The position numbers and the translations under genes were made by a program. This document shows, piece after piece, positions 57,701-64,000 of a stretch of DNA of 64,000 nucleotides. The notes beneath the pieces were generated by a model. That model saw only the letters and a list, made by a program, of their open reading frames with translations, had not been told where the DNA came from and did no database searches. The DNA lies in the NCBI GenBank assembly GCA_027923505.1, contig BROI01000009.1, positions 868,001 through 932,000 of the forward strand. The letters are read 5' to 3'. Numbering within the stretch: position 1 is the first letter of the stretch; each line of letters opens with the position of its first letter. The stretch comes from Mayamaea pseudoterrestris. Lineage: Eukaryota.

Positions 57701-60700
57701 CATCCCATATCATGATGTTGGCGCCATTATGGTGTCATTTGGGTGTATACATGGCCTGCTGTAGGAGCATTTGAATGTCAAGGCATCTGCGGGCTGAGAC
57801 TGGTGACAAGTTGTCACCAAATACATTGCAATCCCATGAGACACCAGCTAGGCATACCATTTTGTAGCGCATCCCATATAATGATGTTGGCACCATTCTG
57901 GTGTCATTTGGGTGTATACATGGCCTGCTGTAGGGGTGTTTGAATGTCAAGGCATCTGCGGGCTGAGACTGGTGACAAGTTGTCACCAAATACATTGCAG
58001 TCCCCTGAGACACCAGCCAGGCATACCATCTTGTAGCGCAGCCTAAATAATGATGTTGGCACCATTCTGGTGTCATTTGGGTGTATACATGGCCTGCTGT
58101 AGGGGCATTTGAATGTCAAGGCATCTGCGGGCTGAGACTGGTGACAAGTTGTCACCAAATACATTGCAGTCCCCTGAGACACCAGCCAGGCATACCATCT
58201 TGTAGCGCATCCCATATAATGATGTTGGCACCATTCTGGTGTCATTTGGGTGTATACATGGCCTGCTGTAGGGGTGTTTGAATGTCAAGGCATCTGCGGG
58301 CTGAGACTGGTGACAAGTTGTCACCAAATACATTGCCGTCCCCTGAGACACCAGCCAGGCATACCATCTTGTAGCGCATCCCATATAATGATGTTGGCAC
58401 CATTCTGGTGTCATTTGGGTGTATACATGGCCTGCTGTAGGGGTGTTTGAATGTCAAGGCATCTGCGGGCTGAGACTGGTGACAAGTTGTCACCAAATAC
58501 ATTGCAGTCCCCTGAGACACCAGCCAGGCATACTATCCTGTAGCGCATCCCATATCATGATTTGGGCACGATTCTGGTGTCATTTGGGTGTATACATGGC
58601 CTGCTGTAGGGGCATTTGAATGTCAAGGCATCTGCGGGCTGAGACTGGTGACCAGTTGTCACCAAATACATTGCCATCCACTGAGACACCAGCCAGGCAT
58701 ACCATCTTGTAGCGCAGCCTCAATAATGATGTTGGCACCATTCTGGTGTCATTTGGGTGTATACATGGCCTGCTGTAGGGGTGTTTGAATGTCAAGGCAT
58801 CTGCGGGCTGAGACTGGTGACAAGTTGTCACCAAATACATTGCAGTCCCCTGAGACACCAGCCAGGCATACCATCTTGTAGCGCAGCCCATATAATGATG
58901 TTGGCACCATTCTGGTGTCATTTGGGTGTATACATGGCCTGCTGTAGGGGCATTTGAATGTCAAGGCATCTGCGGGCTGAGACTGGTGACAAGTTGTCAC
59001 CAAATACATTGCAGTCCCCTGAGACACCAGCCAGGCATACCATCTTGTAGCGCATCCCATATAATGATGTTGGCACCATTCTGGTGTCATTTGGGTGTAT
59101 ACATGGCCTGCTGTAGGGGCGTTTGAATGTCAAGGCATCTGCGGGCTGAGACTGGTGACAAGTTGTCACCAAATACATTGCAGTCCCCTGAGACACCAGC
59201 CAGGCATACCATCTTGTAGCGCAGCCCAAATAATGATGTTGGCACCATTCTGGTGTCATTTGGGTGTATACATGGCCTGCTGTAGGGGCATTTGAATGTC
59301 AAGGCATCTGCGGGCTGAGACTGGTGACAAGTTGTCACCAAATACATTGCCATCCCCTGAGACACCAGCCAGGCATGCCATCTTGTTGCGCAGCCTGAAT
59401 AATGATGTTGGCACCATTCTGGTGTCATTTGGGTGTATGCATGGCCTGCTGTAGGGGTGTTTGAATGTCAAGGCATCTGCGGGCTGAGACTGGTGACAAG
59501 TTGTCACCAAATACATTGCAGTCCCCTGAGACACCAGCCAGGCATACCATCTTGTAGCGCATCCCATATAATGATGTTGGCACCATTCTGGTGTCATTTG
59601 GGTGTATACATGGCCTGCTGTAGGGGCATTTGAATGTCAAGGCATCTGCGGGCTGAGACTGGTGACAAGTTGTCACCAAATACATTGCCGTCCCCTGAGA
59701 CACCAGCCAGGCATACCATCTTGTAGCGCATCCCATATAATGATGTTGGCACCATTCTGGTGTCATTTGGGTGTATACATGGCCTGCTGTAGGGGTGTTT
59801 GAATGTCAAGGCATCTGCGGGCTGAGACTGGTGACAAGTTGTCACCAAATACATTGCCGTCCCCTGAGACAAAAGCCAGGCATACCATCTTGTAGCGCAT
59901 CCCATATAATGATGTTGGCACCATTCTGGTGTCATTTGGGTGTATACATGGCCTGCTGTAGGGGTGTTTGAATGTCAAGGCATCTGCGGGCTGAGACTGG
60001 TGACAAGTTGTCACCAAATACATTGCCGTCCCCTGAGACACCAGCCAGGCATACCATCTTGTAGCGCATCCCATATAATGATGTTGGCACCATTCTGGTG
60101 TCATTTGGGTGTATACATGGCCTGCTGTAGGGGTGTTTGAATGTCAAGGCATCTGCGGGCTGAGACTGGTGACAAGTTGTCACCAAATACATTGCAGTCC
60201 CCTGAGACACCAGCCAGGCATACCATCTTGTAGCGCATCCCATATAATGATGTTGGCACCATTCTGGTGTCATTTGGGTGTATACATGGCCTGCTGTAGG
60301 GGCGTTTGAATGTCAAGGCATCTGCGGGCTGAGACTGGTGACAAGTTGTCACCAAATACATTGCCATCCCCTGAGACACCAGCCAGGCATACCATCTTGT
60401 AGCGCAGCCTATATACTGATGTTGGCACCATTCTGGTGTCATTTGGGTGTATACATGGCCTGCTGTAGGGGCATTTGAATGTCAAGGCATCTGCGGGCTG
60501 AGACTGGTGACAAGTTGTCACCAAATACATTGCAGTCCCCTGAGACACCAGCCAGGCATACCATCTTGTAGCGCATCCTATATAATGATGTTGGCACCAT
60601 TCTGGTGTCATTTGGGTGTATACATGGCCTGCTGTAGGGGCATTTGAATGTCAAGGCATCTGCGGGCTGAGACTGGTGACAAGTTGTCACCAAATACATT

Positions 60701-63600
60701 GCAGTCCCCTGAGACACCAGCCAGGCATACCATCTTGTAGCGCATCCCATATAATGATGTTGGCACCATTCTGGTGTCATTTGGGTGTATACATGGCCTG
60801 CTGTAGGGGTGTTTGAATGTCAAGGCATCTGCGGGCTGAGACTGGTGACAAGTTGTCACCAAATACATTGCCGTCCCCTGAGACACCAGCCAGGCATACC
60901 ATCTTGTAGCGCATCCCATATAATGATGTTGGCACCATTCTGGTGTCATTTGGGTGTATACATGGCCTGCTGTAGGGGCATTTGAATGTCAAGGCATCTG
61001 CAGGCTGAGACTGGTGACAAGTTGTCACCAAATACATTGCAGTCCCCTGAGACACCAGCCAGGCATACCATCCTGCAGCGCAGCCTTAATAATGATGTTG
61101 GCACCATTCTGGTGTCATTTGGGTGTATACATGGCCTGCTGTAGGAGCATTTGAATGTCAAGGCATCTGCGGGCTGAGACTGGTGACAAGTTGTCACCAA
61201 ATACATTGCCGTCCCCTGAGACACCAGCCAGGCATACCATCTTGTAGCGCATCCCATATAATGATGTTGGCACCATTCTGGTGTCATTTGGGTGTATACA
61301 TGGCCTGCTGTAGGGGCATTTGAATGTCAAGGCATCTGCGGGCTGAGACTGGTGACAAGTTGTCACCAAATACATTGCAGTCCCCTGAGACACCAGCCAG
61401 GCATACCATCTTGTAGCGCATCCCATATAATGATGTTGGCACCATTCTGGTGTCATTTGGGTGTATACATGGCCTGCTGTAGGGGTTTTTTAATGTCAAG
61501 GCATCTGCAGGCTGAGACTGGTGACAAGTTGTCACCAAATACATTGCCGTCCCCTGAGACACCAGCCAGGCATACCATCTTGTAGCGCATCCCATATAAT
61601 GATGTTGGCACCATTCTGGTGTCATTTGGGTGTATACATGGCCTGCTGTAGGGGCGTTTGAATGTCAAGGCATCTGCGGGCTGAGACTGGTGACAAGTTG
61701 TCACCAAATACATTGCCGTCCCCTGAGACACCAGCCAGGCATACCATCTTGTAGCGCATCCCATATAATGATGTTGGCACCATTCTGGTGTCATTTGGGT
61801 GTATACATGGCCTGCTGTAGGGGCATTTGAATGTCAAGGCATCTGCGGGCTGAGACTGGTGACAAGTTGTCACCAAATACATTGCCGTCCCCTGAGACAC
61901 CAGCCAGGCATACCATCTTGTAGCGCATCCCATATAATGATGTTGGCACCATTCTGGTGTCATTTGGGTGTATACATGGCCTGCTGTAGGGGCATTTGAA
62001 TGTCAAGGCATCTGCGGGCTGAGACTGGTGACAAGTTGTCACCAAATACATTGCAGTCCCCTGAGACACCAGCCAGGCATACCATCTTGTAGCGCATCCC
62101 ATATAATGATGTTGGCACCATTCTGGTGTCATTTGGGTGTATACATGGCCTGCTGTAGGGGCATTTGAATGTCAAGGCATCTGCGGGCTGAGACTGGTGA
62201 CAAGTTGTCACCAAATACATTGCCGTCCCCTGAGACAAAAGCCAGGCATACCATCTTGTACCATAGCTTTAATAATGTGTTGGCACCATTCTGGTGTCAT
62301 TTGGGTGTATACATGACCTGCTGTAGGCGTGTTTGAATGCCAAGGCATCTGCAGGCTGAGACTGGTGACAAGTTGTCACCAAATACATTGCCGTCCCCTG
62401 AGACACCAGCCAGGCATACCATCTTGTAGCGCAGCCTAAATAATGATGTTGGCACCATTCTGGTGTCATTTGGGTGTATACATGGCCTGCTGTAGGGGCA
62501 TTTGAATGTCAAGGCATCTGCGGGCTGAGACTGGTGACAAGTTGTCACCAAATACATTGCAGTCCCCTGAGACACCAGCCAGGCATACCATCTTGTAGCG
62601 CATCCCATATAATGATGTTGGCACCATTCTGGTGTCATTTGGGTGTATACATGGCCTGCTGTAGGGGCATTTGAATGTCAAGGCATCTGCGGGCTGAGAC
62701 TGGTGACAAGTTGTCACCAAATACATTGCAGTCCCCTGAGACACCAGCCAGGCATACCATCTTGTAGCGCATCCCATATAATGATGTTGGCACCATTCTG
62801 GTGTCATTTGGGTGTATACATGGCCTGCTGTAGGGGTGTTTGAATGTCAAGGCATCTGCAGGCTGAGACTGGTGACAAGTTGCACCCAAATACATTGCAG
62901 TCCCGGAGACACCAGCCAGCCATCTGTCCTAAATAATGATGTTGGTACCATTCTGGTGTCATTTGGGTGTATACATGGCCTGCTGTAGGGGCATTTGAAT
63001 GTCAAGGCATCCAGGCTGAGACTGGTGACAAGTTGTCACCAAATACATTGCAGTCCCCTGAGACACCAGCCAGGCATACCATCTTGTAGCGCATCCCATA
63101 TAATGATGTTGGCACCATTCTGGTGTCATTTGGGTGTATACATGGCCTGCTGTTGGGGTGTTTAAATGTCAAGGCATCTGCCGGCTGAGATTGGTGACAA
63201 GTTGTCACCAGATACATTGCAGTCCCCTGAGACACCAGCCAGGCATAACATTTTGTATCGCAGCCTGAAAAATGATGTTGGCACCATTCTGGTGTTATTT
63301 GGGTGTATACATGGCCTGGGGTGCGTTTTGAATGTCAAGGCATCTGCAGGCTGAGACTGGTGACAAGTTGTCACCAAATACATTGCCGTCCCCTGAGACA
63401 AAAGCCAGGCATACCATCTTGTAGCGCATCCCATATAATGATGTTGGCACCATTCTGGTGTCATTTGGGTGTATACATGGCCTGCTGTAGGGGCATTTGA
63501 ATGTCAAGGCATCGGTGGGCTGAGACTGGTGACAAGTTGTCACCAAATACATTGCAGTCCCCTGAGACACCAGCCAGGCATACTATCCTGTAGCGCATCC
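51745..63600 (+). repeat. 169-bp tandem satellite, array 2 (~70 copies, homogeneous core)
   Basis: Exact 169-bp period over long stretches (the spurious ORFs step by 169). Highly degenerate copies at 51745-52190 and an abrupt end at 63600. Confidence 0.98.
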
Positions 63601-63627
63601 AAGCTTTATTCCATGGTGAGACTTTTT

Positions 63628-64000
63628 CATTGATAGCCGTTGAAAATGAGTTATTGGCACTGTGCTCCAGGAATGTACTATGATAGCCATTGAAAATCAA
63701 AGTTTTCACACTGGTTCAGAGTGTAGCATTGACAGCTATTGAAAATCAAATTGTGTGGCACTGTGCTCCGGAATGTACTTTGATGCCGTTGAAAATCAAA
63801 GTTTTGCACACTGTTTCGTATAGTTGTGTTAAATCAATTTTGCCACTGTTCTCCGTATTTATTACTTCGATTTGGTGAAATCAGTGACATCAATCAAGAC
63901 ACTGTTTGTGCTCAAGTCATTCATTTTTGGCATCGGAATAGATACCATGAAAATCAACATTTTTGCTTGGTTGTTGAAAATCTGGTGTGGCACTTCGTTT
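63628..64000 (+). repeat. AT-rich ~50-bp tandem repeat with alternating A/B units, degenerating toward the window end
   Basis: TTGAAAAT recurs at 63640, 63690, 63739 and 63789. TGGCACTGTGCTCC.GGAATGTACT occurs in alternate units about 100 bp apart. Confidence 0.8.

Noticed and set aside
51745..63600. CRISPR-like array (palindromic repeat at regular spacing)
   Set aside because: The sequence between palindromes is itself repeated rather than forming unique spacers, the period is 169 bp, the context is eukaryotic and there are no cas genes.
52754..63709. Dozens of 66-aa and 113-aa ORFs in the satellite (also at 12.3-16.2 kb)
   Set aside because: They are artefacts of a 169-bp unit that is not a multiple of 3. 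Each reading runs through successive frames and hits fixed stops, and indels are tolerated.

Overview
Gene-dense eukaryotic nuclear DNA with short GT-AG introns. It is almost certainly from a diatom, most likely a pennate: it has bipartite plastid-targeting presequences, a nucleus-encoded sigma-70 factor, PsbP and ClpP, a Phaeodactylum-type delta-6 desaturase, a DUF6824-like protein and a CoDi-like copia element. About 24 protein genes can be supported, including HSP101/ClpB, ClpP, cullin-3, DDB1, DIS3/RRP44, aminoacylase-1, a GH16 glucanase, a subtilase and three sulfotransferase-like genes. About a quarter of the window is one 169-bp satellite family in two same-orientation arrays: about 24 copies at 12.2-16.2 kb and about 70 copies at 51.7-63.6 kb. 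Each monomer carries a 19-bp palindrome and is strongly CpG-depleted. There is also a 42-bp minisatellite upstream of CUL3, a ~50-bp repeat at the right edge, and an internally deleted, 3'-truncated Ty1/copia relic abutting the sigma factor gene. The strongest observations are a 5-nt micro-exon needed to build the ClpP active-site motif, the candidate centromeric/heterochromatic satellite, and an HMG-box/histone-fold fusion protein. Splice models were read by eye and no database searches were run. I found no convincing CRISPR, retron or similar system.
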